A stretch of DNA of 58,350 nt, counting the filler, from Sphacelaria rigidula (lineage: Eukaryota), in NCBI GenBank assembly GCA_964200075.2. It is 8 parts of 8 records of this genome, joined end to end, with 100 filler letters (N's around TTAATTAATTAA, not from the genome) between each part and the next. Parts side by side here need not be neighbours in the genome. Positions count along the whole stretch, not along the records: positions 21,921 to 29,126 come from CAXNAA020015970.1; positions 29,227 to 36,432 come from CAXNAA020015971.1; positions 36,533 to 43,738 come from CAXNAA020015972.1; 5 more parts are not named here. One strand, 5' to 3'. Shown here one piece after another: positions 23,519-37,174 of this stretch (position 1 is its first letter; every line of letters starts with the position of its first letter). The notes beneath the pieces were generated by a model. It saw only the letters and a program-made list of their open reading frames with translations. It had not been told where the DNA came from and made no database searches. A program made the position numbers and the translations under genes.

Positions 23519-26428
23519 CTTACCTCCATGTGTGGGACCGGCACTTGAAGTAGAAGCTGCGCTCCCCTGACGGCTACCTCTTTCGGTAGTTGAGTTAAGG
23601 CTAGGCAAACTCCCAGACCGACTGCTCTTACGCCTCCCTGAAACGGCGCTTCGCAAAAAACTCGCTGCGGTCACGTGGTGTGCTGTGGGCTGGGGATTCG
23701 TAATTCCGTCCACCTGAGAGTGGGTGGGTGGGTGGGTTTACGGTGACGGCGGGGAATGGGGAACTGTTGTTGTAAGCCTCACGGCGAATGACATCTTATT
23801 TTTATTTTTTTCCGCCTGCTGACTTCGATGACTCGACGATCTTTGGAACCTGTTTGATTAGTTTGGCTTACGCTTCTCTTATTCGCTATCTTGCATTGAT
23901 AAGGGGACGCAGGATGACGCATGCCCGCAGTCTCTCGATCGTTAGCCTCGTGTCTGTGTGTGTGAAATGGGGACGAAGAAATATATACACGCGAGTCGGG
24001 TCTCTTTTTTTGTAGGCAAGGCAGGAGGTAGACAGGCGGGCGGGGGTGTTTCGAAAGCGTGACACGGGAGTGATCCAAACCCAGTCACCGTAATGACACG
24101 AGCATTAGTTATCAACAGCAACACTCTTCCCGCCGCATTGTACAGGGTAACATCACAAGTGACATGCAACAGGTCGACATCTGTCGTCTCCAGCGAATAT
24201 TAAATACGCATACATGCTGGGGGCTCGGGAGGGCAGTTTCTCAGACTAGCTGAAGAAGGAAAATATTGCTGTAGACGAAAAAATGCGGACGCGCCAGCAG
24301 ACGTCAGCAAACCGCCTACTTTCTCCTACAGTACCGCAGACGACCGTGAACGACAACATCTACATCGTGATTAGGCAAATTCCGACACATGTATACGATA
24401 CGTACTTCAATCCAAGGTGACAAACATGAGGTGCTGTAATAGGTTTTGCGCACCTTGAAAAAGCCAGCGCGCGGGCGCGGAAAAAAACAAAAAGATCACT
24501 TCCTGGTGGTTCCAAAATACTGTAGACAGCAACAGATGAACATATATATTCGGGTATACATGCTTTTGTCGACGTTTTTATTATTTTTTGTTTTTACGTT
24601 GTAGTATACTTTTCCGTTCTGTTCAAGTTTTTTTCACGTTCCTTTTTTTTCTTCAGAGAGTGTTTCAGTTTCGTTTTTCTTGGGTACGTCTATCATGTGG
24701 ATAATGACCACGGCTGGACCCCTGGGGGGTCAGTTAAAGTGCGACAATCAATCAATCAATCAAACCAATATAATATATATATATACGAAGTACATAAATA
24801 CTGTTTCTGCGGAGCACTGTACATCACTTCACCTCGACGAAGCAAGAGTGCTTGCTCATAAGCTTGGCAGCCTCGCGGGGATCCCGTCCCAAATCCCCAA
24901 CTTTTTTCATCGCGGTGCTCGTCCTTTGCAGCAGCGATTGATCCCCTGAAGGCGGCGACTTCGTTCCGTCCCCCGCTCCCGCCGGGCCTCGCCATGTGCC
25001 CCTACCGCCACCACCTTTAAGAGGAGATGGTGGCGATCCAAACCTGTCACCGCTCACGGTAGCGTGCAAAAACTTGGAGTCAATCCATTCCATGGTTCTG
25101 CGCAAACCGCCACCGCCACGAAGAGTACCGCCGCCGTCGTCGTCCGCACTGCTGGCGCCCCGCCCGTGACGGACATCGTCGGGCCTCACTTCGCTGGCGG
25201 AGCGACTGAGCCGCGGCGATGCGCCTCGGCCGACCGTGTCACGGCCGGCAAGATAATCGATACTGCTCTTGCTTTTGCGTCGTTCACGCGCGGAGTGGCG
25301 CTGGCCGACCGTCTCTGCTTGTGCGTCAACAGTGACCGGCGTGACCATTACGGGAGGTAACCCCGGGTCGGGGTGGAGGCGGGGGGCTACAGCTACTGCT
25401 GATGGAGTTGTTGTTGTCGTTGTTTCAGGTTTTTCACTGCTGGTGCTGGTGTGGGTGCTGTTGCTGTCGCCGCCGCTTGTGGCCGCCGCGCGCTTCCCTG
25501 GAATAGCGGCTTTTGCTTCCGCCAAGGGTACATCGGGAGTGCACGGAGAAGATTTCCTCGTAGAGTCGAGCGTTTCTGAAACGTGCACCAGGTTCCCGTT
25601 CGTTTTGGAGTTGTTGATGGTGTTGGAATACTGTCGTAGATCGTTTAGCCCACCTTCTGGTGGACGATCCGACGCGCCACCAGTCTTGTTGCTACGGCTG
25701 TCCACCCGTAGAACTTCGGCAGCACGGGTTCTGGGGCCCTCCTGTGTGTTCAGCGGACGTATGCCGTGTAGGACAGGAGTGATGCGCGCGCGCGTGTGGA
25801 GGGTACATACAGTACGATAGCAGGGGGAGGGTGAACACGCAGTGAGGGTGCTGCTTCTGCGTTGCTTGCCCTCCCTTGAAGTGTGAGGCCTCACTCGAGC
25901 ATACTACAGTAGCACAAAAATAATCGACACGAAAGTGAAGGAGATCCATCGCCATTCTACAAACGACTCCCGAGAGCAAGCGATGGCCACCACGAAATTG
26001 TACCCGACCCTGAACTTGTTCATGTCCCGGACCCGGACCTGAATCCGGACCCGGACCCGGGTTTAGCCTCACCTCGTGATCCCTCGCCGCCTCCAGACGG
26101 TCAGGCGTACATCTACCATCGCGTACCGTAGGAGCAGTAGCAGCAGCAACCGCAGCAGTGCCGGCGGGTTTGACCCATTTCCCGTGCCCCCGGCTCGCGA
26201 TGTCAGTCTCTGCACCTGTCGCACTTGAGGGGGTTGGGGTACGACGACCAATGTCTTGCGTTTTCCCCGCCTGTGGGTCTCCCGACTTATCCGCACTTTC
26301 GGCCTCTATGACCAGATGGTGCAGACGCGGATTCCACCATCGATGGTGGAATTTCCAGGCCCAGTCCCTGCGGGCGAGGTACATGGTAGCAGTGATGGAC
26401 GATGGCGGGGTAGATAGAATACCGGCTA
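23519..26428 (-). CDS. Multi-exon gene, hypothetical Ser/Thr/Gly-rich protein (exons 26428-26073, 25741-24833, 23713-about 23519; further candidate exons near 28340-28263, 28021-27910 and 23432-23365)
   Basis: Canonical AG/GT boundaries with matching phase join three open frames. No domain recognised. Confidence 0.6.
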
Positions 26429-27604
26429 CTGTACGGGGTTAGGTTCGTGTTTCGGTGCACGATGGCAGAGTATAGGGCGGCTGGAGTTCACGGCTGGGGT
26501 TAATGCCGAGGGTGTTAGAGCTAGGATTCGGACTAGGGGTACGGGGTTGCAATAGTTATGAGGGGTTGAAGGCATGGATTTCCGCCATCGATGACACGAG
26601 TGGGAGGCCTACAGTAGTCCCTGCGCACAAAAGTGGGAGCAGCATACGCACGCTCCATCGGCTTTAATCACGAGCGAATAACTATTCATAGTATTCTTTT
26701 ACTGCGTGCGTAGACCATGAGCGATCAGACCTCCCACCGTCGCAGCTGTTTATTTTCATGAAGACTTGGTGTATTTTTTTCATTGTAAGCGACATTCCGG
26801 ATATGTGAGCAACGTTTGAGTCCGACATCGTCTTTGTTTTTTCTCAAGCTGCGGTATTGTTCCAAGAGTGGCTATTTCAGTCCGACACATTGACAGGCCA
26901 GCTCGAGTAATAATAGATTGCGTCGTCATCCAAATGAGGAAATTTCAGTCGAATGAATGACGATGTTTCCAGGCAAGTAGCGATGTTCGTATCCAGAGCA
27001 GCGATTCCAATTTACATCGTGTTTCGTTATACCGATCACCTCCCGGCGGGAAGTGCGAATAACTACGCGTACACGGTATTATAGGGTCTGCGCTTGATTG
27101 ATAAGTTGATTGAAGGATGGAGTGAGTCATTGATTGATTGTCGCAAATTTGCTAACCCCGGAGGGCCGGAGGGATGATGCATCCGACGCGACAAAGATGC
27201 GCGTATCCTCAACATAAACAAATCGGACAAACTCGCTGAAGTAAACTCGAGGAAGGGGGAAAGGTCAAAACAGAAGACAACGAAACAATGAGGGATACAT
27301 TGGGAATGAGTGAGGTGACAAAAAACGAGAGGCAAACAAACGGAAGACACACTCACTTGAGTAAACTCGAGGAGGGGGGAAAGATTGAAGGAGGAATAAA
27401 GAGAAAATAAAATGATGGAACAAACGAAGTAAAGTGGACAAAAACGAGAAGAAAGGCAAGCACAAATACAAAAAAATGATAACAAGAATAAGAACAAGTA
27501 CAGCAACAACGACAAAAAGAGCAGAGGAAACGACAGGAAATACATAAGGAACACCAGTCCCGAAGAAAGTACTGATCGTCATTAACAAGAAATGACGAGC
27601 ATAA

Positions 27605-27605
<1 letters not shown>

Positions 27606-27680
<75 letters not shown>

Positions 27681-27700
27681 AACGACAACGACAACGAAAA
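27606..27700 (+). repeat. (CAA)n/(CAACGA)n microsatellite
   Basis: Seen directly. Confidence 0.95.
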
Positions 27701-28779
27701 CAACAAAAAGGCAGAAGAAACGACAGGAAACAAACAAGGAAAACCGGTCCCGATAAAAAAAGGTTAATCGTCATAAACAAGAAATAGCCGGGCTCCGTAG
27801 CACGGCTTGAGGCAAGGAGGTCATGCAATTCACCCACAGCCACAGACACATAAACAAAACAACACACCAAGAAAAAGGTCACGGACAAGGTTCCGACTCG
27901 GCTATTTCGGAATCACACTTTTGGGCATGAACTCTCGCTCGCGAGTGACTAAATGGACACAAGTCCGTAATATTTGCTTCAGCGCGGAAACGGAAACCTC
28001 ATTTTGTGAAGGATAGATATCCTGCAGCAAGTACGCAATTCTCATGATGACCAAGTGTCCCGTTAAAGATGAAACCCTTTTTCTTCCACACGCGGGGAGG
28101 GGGGCGTACTCCACACGCGGGGAGGGGAGGTACTCCACACGCGGGGAGGGGAGGGCGGGGGGGGGGGCGACAAGTTTAGTGTACTGTACAGCAGCAGGTA
28201 AATCTCTCGAGTTTGCCACGCGCACCTTCCGATGACGACAACCAGGCACCATACGCTCACGGCCCAGTACGTGCCATTCTGCATCAGAGAGTCCAGAACC
28301 CCGTTAAAGTCCCAGTTCAACAGCACGGATGTATTCACCTGTTTCCGAGGAGAGCGGCAGGGCGGAAGGGGGGGGGGGCACGTGGAGTACGACACACAAA
28401 ATGGGGATCGGTCTTCCCGAGCAAATAACGCCCGGAGTCACGCTCCTTTGGTCAACGGAGTTTCACAGGCAATTCCAAATAAACGCCAGTTGGTGACTAT
28501 CGATCGTTTCTATGTCTCCGCTCGTCAGGTATATCTATATGTGTGTGTATGTATATCCTGTATCCGTCTTACATACAGGCTGGAACCCTCCGGAATCAGC
28601 TGAAGCGCGACAATCAATCAATCAGTCAGTCAACCAAACCTATCAGAGTATACACGGTACACTCAACCTTTTTCTGGGCCAACAGTTCTGCTAAGTACTA
28701 CGTGACCTGCCGTTATTCATTCGCACCGACTCGATAACTCCTGTGGCCGGCCGCGTACGAACGCAGATATTGCGTATAT

Positions 28780-29046
28780 GGAGTGAACAAAGTAGTCGAC
28801 TGAGTTTGTTTGACGTGAGTTGAGGCGGTGCGAAAGTGCTGGTCATGATCCAGTCCGCGAGACCAAAATGCAAAGGCGTGTACCGCTGACTGATCCCTTG
28901 AGATCACGGATTCGTCCCGAGGAAGGGGAGGGGTTCAAAATGTGAAAAATAATAATAACAATAGTAATAATAATAGTAATAATAATAGCAATAATAACAG
29001 CAATAATAATAAAAACAATAGTAATAACAATAACAATAACAATAAC

Positions 29047-29119
<73 letters not shown>

Positions 29120-29126
29120 GCAATAA
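28780..29126 (+). mobile_element. Retroposon 3' end with (AAT)n tail (LINE/SINE 3' UTR-like)
   Basis: ACAAAGTAGTCGACTGA...CCCGAGGAAGGGGAGG..TTCAAA is followed by AAT repeats. Homologues at about 38367-38545 (+) and 15510-15775 (-). Confidence 0.6.
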
Positions 29127-29956
29127 NNNNNNNNNNNNNNNNNNNNNNNNNNNNNNNNNNNNNNNNNNNNTTAATTAATTAANNNNNNNNNNNNNNNNNN
29201 NNNNNNNNNNNNNNNNNNNNNNNNNNTCGCTTGGCTCCAAGGTTTCGAGAGCGGCCGCTGAATAATAATCCGTGTACAATAAAATCTACGGCGATCTGCA
29301 CAGATTATTGGGCACACTGGCGGGGGTCGGCAAGCACAGATTTTTTCACACGAGTTAATGTTCAGCGGCCAGTCTCGAGACCTCGGAGCCAAGCGAATCT
29401 GAAAAGCAGACTAGGCTCCTCTCTGTGGGGTGATGCAATGTGCCCGAGACGTGTGTTGACGGTTTTCCCTGTTTGAGGGTCAAAAAGTGGCTCAAACGTC
29501 CCAAAAGTGAAGATTATGACGACGCAACGAATGACTTACTCTCGCCGCCTGATTTTATTTACTCAGGTGGGCATTTTTTGGCATTCTGCTCTCGCCGCAG
29601 GGTACATGAAGGCGGCGTATTGTAGGGGGGGTGTAAATGGTCGCTACAGGGCCGTAAGAGGGTTCTGTACCTTGTAGAGGGTCGCCACCGGTACGATTCA
29701 GCTCCGTATGCGCGTTTTTTTCTCAAAACCAAAGTCTGTTTTTTCTCCACTAGCTTTTTTTTTTCAAGGCCCACTTTAAGCTCGTTTCAGCGCAATACAT
29801 GCATGCTTAATGCGCCTTATTCGCGTCCTTGTTGTGGCGTTGCCGCAGGACCCCCTCAAAATACGCGCCGCCTTCTAGCATGAGGACAAGACAAGCTGGG
29901 CATTCGAAGTTTTGATGTTGGATTTGTATAAAATATGAAACTATCCGGTACAAGTC

Positions 29957-30317
29957 GGTCGCCCCGGTGGCTCATTTGATGACTATCTAGAGCCCCTCTG
30001 ATGGTTTAGTCGTGAGTTCGAATCTCGGTGCAGTCACACGATCTGGGATTTTTCCCACACAATGCCCAAGAGTGGAGAGCGACTATGTCGTAGGTAGACA
30101 AAACTTCGACTTCGCGGTCGACGAGGGAAAGAGACCGACCCCTCTCGTGGGGAGAACAAGTCCTTCACCTCAGAAGGAAGGTGGTATACAAGAACAAAAC
30201 TAAGATTAGAAACTCCGGTGTTGACCTCCCTCCTGTGTGACCCCGGCTGATGCACCCACACATACAGAAAGGTGAAGACTGGCGTTCAGAGATAGGATGA
30301 CACCACATAAACACACA
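29957..30317 (+). mobile_element. tRNA-derived SINE, copy 2
   Basis: Same head and body as copy 1, GAGTTCGAATC B box, short CA-rich tail. Confidence 0.85.
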
Positions 30318-30685
30318 GATTCGAAGGTTTTGATGTTATTTAAATATAGAATGCAACTTTTATTCAGTCATTGAGTTTGAGGGCCACAACCTGCACACCT
30401 ACGCCCCAACCCACCTACGGAAACAACAAATGTCACTACACTAATCATGATACTTCCTCTGCGCCATGAGTAAAGTTCGTTACGATTACACGGACCCTTA
30501 ACCGTGTCTGACGCCGCCGGCGATATCTTTTTTATAATCTTTGATGTTTTTTGGGTTAAAAAAACCGTTTTTTTCTACGCACCCCCGTGCATACGTCAAC
30601 GGCCGGAAAAAAAGTAGTCGACCCCGAAAAAGCCATAAAGTGAAGATCCTTTTGCAGGGGCAAAAAAGTGTCGAAAAATAAAAGT

Positions 30686-30928
30686 CAGCGCAGCGGCTTT
30701 CGTTGGGGTAAGAAGTGATGACCGCCCACTACGAGGTTTGCTTGAGAGGTTGAGCTCCCCGGTGTCGTCGATCTGAGCTTTGCACTCGGTCCAATGTTTT
30801 CTAGGGAAGTTATTAAAAACGCCATACTGCCCCATGGGGCCTAGAACACTCTTGGACACCCTTGTTTTTCCTGGGGGAATGATCAACGCTATCTCCACCG
30901 CCATTGCGTATCGGTGGCCCAAGGACAC
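30686..30928 (-). mobile_element. Tc1/mariner-like transposase N-terminal fragment
   Basis: ...DTGELNLSSKPRSGRSSLLTP resembles the RSGRP linker that follows the HTH of Tc1/mariner transposases. Truncated. Confidence 0.45.
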
Positions 30929-32957
30929 TTCTGCGCCCCGTTGATGTTTTGGGGGCTCTCCATCGTGGTTGTGGGGGGTGATGGGTGTTCAAACGCGGAG
31001 AAAAGCATGAATTCTGAAAATAGTTCTCGAAAAAGTCTCGAAAAAATCTCAGAACCCCACCAAAATTCCCACTTTTTGACATACTAATTCTCAGTAATTT
31101 CGGCTCAGATATTTTTGAGCGAGCATCAGCACATCAACAGTTTATGAAAAAACCTAACAGTAGCATCGTGGGCAACTCCGTTGGCGATATACGATCTACC
31201 CCCCATAACGGACTTTACTTATGGCACAGAGGAAGTACATGATACAGCAGTAGAGCATTGCAGCCTCTGGACACGGGGTATTGTAACCTTTGGCCTCTCG
31301 CCCGGCAAACTTATTGTATCACTTCTCACTGTCGCTGCTGCTGTACAACGCTGTACGCTGTACCCTATACGAGTACAAGTGTACAAGTCTCAATTACATT
31401 CAAAATTTCGAAAACAACACAGTAGTACCCATTTATAGAATATACAGTGGAGCGTCTTGCTGATCAGACCCCAACAAAATGGGAACACGAAGCGCGACCC
31501 TCGAAGTGTGGAGTATTGAAGCCTGGAACCCGTCAGTCTGTATGGCGACGAATCACGCCACATGGGGCAGGTGCACTTGCGGTCAGGTGCTAAAGTGGCT
31601 ATAGGAGACCCATAAAAAATGATCAACTTTTTTCTCGTTTCACGCATATTGTGAGCGTTTCATCTTTGAAAGCTTCAACCCTGTTCTGTGCCAGCGGCGA
31701 TTTTGAACGGAGACAAAAACGACATTTTCAGGGCACAAAATTTGTGTTGCACAACAGCACCCAAGTAAGACATCACAGCTGCATAACCATCCCGTGACTT
31801 TTCCAACTTTGCGTCGACAGCATTCTGTTCCCACCCTCAATTCTGAATTCTGTACAAACCGCACCACAGCGGCACTTCAGCAGCCCAGGCTATCTCCAGT
31901 GCAGATCAAACCGTGTTCTTAGAGTTCACAGAGTGCAGCCACAACTACAGCAAATAGATGTTGAGTGTGGGCACGAAGCGCTTTTACAGACGACACAACG
32001 CATTCAATACACCATGATGACGTTTTCGGCAGGATCTATTGCGTACCGAGCGGGACACAGAAACTCTACAACAGTAGTTCACGCAATCCCCAGCGGAAAT
32101 CAAGCTGTCGCAAGGTTCAAGCGCACCACACTATCTTGTTAGCTACAGCACAGAAGTGATGGGTCTGGGCATGCACGAAGCGCCTTGTTCGTCGCGAAAG
32201 ACATGCAACATCGAACTAAAGTCCAAGTGCAAGAGTGGTTGTCACCACCCGTTCAAAAATGCAGGAGTCAAATTATCGAACGGCTGTCGTAAGGGAGGAG
32301 AAGGAGTCATGAATCATGAAAGATCAAGGGGTGCAGCGATGCGAGTGTGGTTAGATGTACAATAGACTATTGAAGAGCTTCCCATGGGAAATATACATTT
32401 TTGTGAGAACGCACGTCGGTTACACTCGTCTCTTCACGTCTCCATGTTCGACTGCAGGGTTCACACTGCGTTTGTTTGGCTGTTTGCACATGTCTGATTT
32501 GCGAGCATAACAGGTCACTGACAATCACGTCTTCTTTCTTATTATAGTATAACACTGTTTTCGTGAAATTGAGAGTAGAGCGCTGATAAAGAATGGGTTT
32601 TATCGCTCGCGTTAACTGACCAGTGTTTCATTCCGGGTGTGCTTTTTTTCCCCTGCATCACTCGCGTGTGCCTACGGCTACACGTAGATATCCTCTCCGG
32701 GGTATCAAGGGCTTCGGTGGCAAGCTACTACAGGAAGCATATCGGGCCTCATGGAGGGGCATTTCGGAACTCAATCGATTCATTCACAAACTGACCGCTT
32801 CTCACTTTCAATCGTATCCTCTCCTCTCAATCTCACGAAAATGTTGTTTTATGCTGCGTGTGCCCTTAATGGGAAGCACGGCAATAGACAGAAAGGTTGC
32901 TGACGCTCGTATTTTTGCCGTACTTGCTGTCGTTGCTGGCTCTGCTGTGTGATCCAG

Positions 32958-35900
32958 GACGCTTTCACTCTGGGCGACGAGATGCCCACCGCTCGCTACC
33001 GCGCTGCTGCGGTGAACGTCTCTCATCACGTCTATCTCTTCGGTGGGCGAGCGCCAAACGGAAGTCTTGTAAGTGCTTTTACTCGTCGACCTCGGAAATC
33101 ATTTCAAATGCCCAATATGAAAAGAAAACTAATGTATCTTCATGATTAGAACCCCGCCCCCGACGGCTTTACAACGCCTGTATTCTGTTGGGCTCCCCAA
33201 GTATTCTCTTCCAAGTGACACAGCGCGGGTTCACATGCTCAAGTGAATTCTGAGCATTTATTTGTATTGAACTTAGTGCACCAGAACTCCGGACCTTTTT
33301 TTTCAGCCAAGTGAAGGTGTACGAGTATAATGTCGCTCTTATTTTGCTGGTAGCTCTCTTACCGTCAGGGTGGTTAATCTATTGAATCGATACCGTTTTC
33401 ACTTGAGAAGTGAGCGTTCGGGCCAGCTTGCCCGGCACAGACGAACCTTCGTCTAAGCTGACTTGTGACTTGACAAAGAGGACATTCCTTCATCAAGGGT
33501 TCACCCTTCGAACGCCGATGGACTCTGCTCAAAGATCTCGTCCGCTGACAGTCCAGCCAAGAGCATTTCCACTTAGCGTACGAGTAGGGGTTCGGGTGTT
33601 CGAGGGGTCAAATCGCTGCCATTATCCCCCATAGTAAAAACCAGTTCTTTTTTCTTTTTTCACATGAGATAAAGTTGGGAACTCGAGAAATTTGGGTGAA
33701 TGATTTGTTCTTGTACTTGGCTCTATATTTTGCTTCCTTATACTTTATATACACAAACCGGTCGCCCCGGTGGCTCCGTTGGTACGCTCGAAACCTGCTG
33801 ACGGTTGGGTCGTGGGTTCGAATCTCGGTGCAGGCACACGATCTTGGTTTTTCCCTTACACCATGCCCAATAGTGGAGAGCGACTATGTCTTGGGTACAC
33901 AAAATTCGACTTTCCGGTCGACGAGGAGAAGGGACTGCTGAATCCCCCTTGCAATAAAAAAGAAGGCACGTACATCGCAGAAGAAGGTGGAGTGCTGAAA
34001 CTAGAGAAAAAAAAAGCTCCTGTGTTGGCCATCTTCCTGGTGACCCCGGCTGATACGTCCACATATACCGAAAGATGTAGACTAGCTTTCAGAATAGATG
34101 ATATGACAATACATGCACACACCCACACCCACACACACACACACACATATTTTTGGGGAGTTGGCAGCAGCAATCGCAATCGTACTGCTTGGCCGCATCC
34201 GTACTTGTTGTGCTTGACATGCCTGTACTAATATATTTTACTGTACACTGCACCGCGATGGTAGGTTTGCACGGTCGACCGGTACGATGCGATCGAAAGG
34301 GTGTGGGAAACGCTGGACATCGTGCAGGAAGACTACTGCTACTCCGACCACTCCGGAATAGCAACGGAGGACGGGACGGTATATCTGTTTGGGGGCTATA
34401 GTGAGGACTACCAGAGCCACACCACTGTGGTCAAGGTGGAGATCGCGGGAGATGAGCTCACCTTCTCGACCTCTACCCCAATGGAAATCGTGAGTTCATG
34501 TTCCGCAGTTGTGATACACACAAGTATGTATATCGTCGAAGCGTGCGGGAGTTAGTTCGTGGAGATGACACAGCACACAGTACCTATGTAAAACCAATGT
34601 TCCCCCGTTCGTCAATTATTCGGTGCTGGTGAGCTCGAGAAAAAGTGCTAGTGCTTGATTTTTCGTAGGCGAAAGATCCTCTGCAGTCAGGAGCTATCCC
34701 CAAAGCTTCGCAGTCGTGCAGCAGAGTATGTGGCGAGGGGAGGGGGGGGGGGGATGCCGTAGGACGAGACGTTCTACGTATTATACGCAATGGAGAATTA
34801 GTATTGATTGTCAATTTCAAAGTGCTGGGTGCGTGGCCGTAGTGATGATGGAAGATGACCTCTATGGAATGTAGTTGCAGCCCTGTAGGCGTACAACACC
34901 TCAGTGATTCCGAGTTGGTACAGGCTGGTTCAGGGTGAACGCCCACACTATATTCATCAACGATTTCTCATGCGTGTTTTTGTAGTTGGGCCCTAAAATT
35001 TTGCACACGTGTACTGTGGGAAATTGCGAAACTTTCCATGAACGTTTTTTCTTTTTTTAATTTCGCCAAATATCCGAGGTCTAGGGGGTCCACCATCATT
35101 GGTCTCACGGAACCCCGGATATCTGGCGAAGTAAAAAAAAAGCCGCGGGTAGACGGTTTTGCAATATCCCGTAGTACACGTGTGCAAAGTTTAAGGGTCT
35201 AACCCCAAAAACTCGCATGAGAAATCGCGTTTGTACGAGGTCAAGTGTGAAGTAATCTGCTGAACCCCTGAACAATTTGAATTTCGTATCAAATCGACCT
35301 TTTCTTGCGCTTTCAAGCTTGAATCGACCGGTTGGGATCAGTTTTTTTGAGTGATGCAACGCCACGTTTTTCAAACGTTCGTTGGACCACCTCGGGACGA
35401 ATGGTTTTCAGGCATTTTGTGCCGGCTTCTGGGGGTGTGTGTTCATGTCGGGAGCTCCCAAAGCCGGTAGATAGCGGATACATTTAAAAATGTCTTCAAT
35501 ATATACTTTTTCCACATTTGGAGCTTGAGGATGACCGGATTTTTTTACGACAGGTATGAGGGAAACTATCAGGAGGCTTTCTGGGTGTTTGATGTACATG
35601 TTCACTAGAAATGCGATGACGCCAAAACCGCACTTCGCCGAAATACCACGGTTTGGGATATAACTCGATCCCATGTTTCTCTGCGTTAGGTTCACCAGCT
35701 GATGGCGGTTACCAAGGTTCGATTCGTCATCAGACTGGGTAGGATGTGTATCACGATTTCGCCTTTCACATTGCAGAACAGTTGGAAGGTCCGTGGTTGA
35801 CCGGTATATTTTTTTCACTTCTAACGCCACTGCAAAGGACGCAAGAAGAACTCGGGCTATGTCGCAGCGTTCGCTTGCGCGTGGTAGTCACTCAGATACG

Positions 35901-36234
35901 TTTCAATGGGGTCACTTTTGCGTTCCGCATGTAGTGGGGAACAATTTTTGGGCATTCACCCCGAACCAGCCTGGATCCATACCGCTTCCCTCCTCCCCGT
36001 GGGTACAACTTCTCCCCCCCACCCTCTGCATTTTCGCTCTGGATCATGACAGAAACGGGGAGACCATGTGTGCTCGATCATGCCATCTTCATCACATGTG
36101 TACTGCATGGGAGGGTTCACGGAGGAGAATTGGGAGTACAGCGTCTTGAACAGCGTCGAACGTTTCGACATTGCCAGCGAGACATGGGAGGAAAGAGCCC
36201 CCATGGTGTTTCCTCGAGCAGACTTCGGTGTTGG
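32958..36234 (+). CDS. Kelch-repeat protein, internal exons 32958-33068, 34265-34489, 36053-36234
   Basis: AG/GT exons join in phase: MPTARYRAAAVNVSHHVYLFGGR...VDRYDAIERVW...TVYLFGGY...PMEIKRGDH...VYCMGGF...VERFDIASETWEERAPMVFPRADFG. GG, Y/F and W kelch signatures are present. Confidence 0.92.
33760..34147 (+). mobile_element. tRNA-derived SINE, copy 3 (intronic in the kelch gene)
   Basis: A box TGGCTCCGTTGG, B box GGTTCGAATC, (CA)n tail. Confidence 0.85.
34991..35197. repeat. Inverted repeat pair of about 42 bp (MITE-like), intronic
   Basis: CCCTAAAATTTTGCACACGTGTACT.. pairs with ..AGTACACGTGTGCAAAGTTTAAGGG. Confidence 0.7.
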
Positions 36235-36793
36235 GTGAGCTCCGTGTGTAGCCGGGTGTTATCCTGCTTGCGGGAAAATTGGAGTTTCGTGTCGGGCGAG
36301 GGGAGTTCCAGTAGTGTAAGGGCGTTTACATGTTCCGTAGATATGTTAGTCCGTCCAATACTCATACGAGCTGGGCCAGCCTAAAAACGGATTTAAGCTC
36401 TATAAGCAATATCTCATCGACACAGACGAGTTNNNNNNNNNNNNNNNNNNNNNNNNNNNNNNNNNNNNNNNNNNNNTTAATTAATTAANNNNNNNNNNNN
36501 NNNNNNNNNNNNNNNNNNNNNNNNNNNNNNNNGACCAGAAGAGCTGCGGAGTCCCTCAACAGCATTTAGACGCTGCAGTACTAGCAGACCTGCTAGCGTC
36601 ACAACAGTGGAAAAAGGGCGGACTGATTTTGTAATCAGCACCGCGAGCTCAAGTACCTCGATTGATTCTTGATTTGACTTGATTGCACTGCACAGCTGAC
36701 CTTTAATACATCAGCGCATCGCAATATATATAGCTACCTTTTGTCTAGTCCAGAATTTGATTGAGGACTGAATTGCTAAGCGACGTACAACTC

Positions 36794-37174
36794 AAGGGGG
36801 AGTGTGTTGTAAATCTGTACAGCCTAGCTGCTTGTATTGTGTGAGTTTTTACTCTCGTAGCAACTTGGCGGGACAACTATTCACGGTTCAAGTAGCGCGG
36901 GATATCCCCGGTACAAGTACCTTTTTTGTATGGATTCTTGAGTTATATATATATATATATATCCTGTAGATCTGGCCACGTAAGCTTGTAGGATACGACA
37001 GTGTACTTCCAGTGTTTGTTAGTGCCGTAGCTTGAGCAAGGATCTAGTCTATGAGCTGGCACTCTGCCACGCAAGTGACATGGAAGCGTTTAAGCGTTTG
37101 GTCACGTACGTGTATCGTGATATATGTATGTATGATGTATAACGCGATCTATGATATACCTTGAATACACAGCA
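36794..37174 (+). mobile_element. Polypurine tract plus 3' LTR (Copia-type)
   Basis: AAGGGGGAG (36794-36802) is followed by TGTGTTGT. There is an internal TA-run and a candidate end ACAGCA at 37174. Confidence 0.6.

Noticed and set aside
27063..27888. Hydrophobic or poly-Cys ORFs (also poly-Leu/Asn at 28935-29178)
   Set aside because: They are translations of microsatellites and purine-rich low-complexity DNA.
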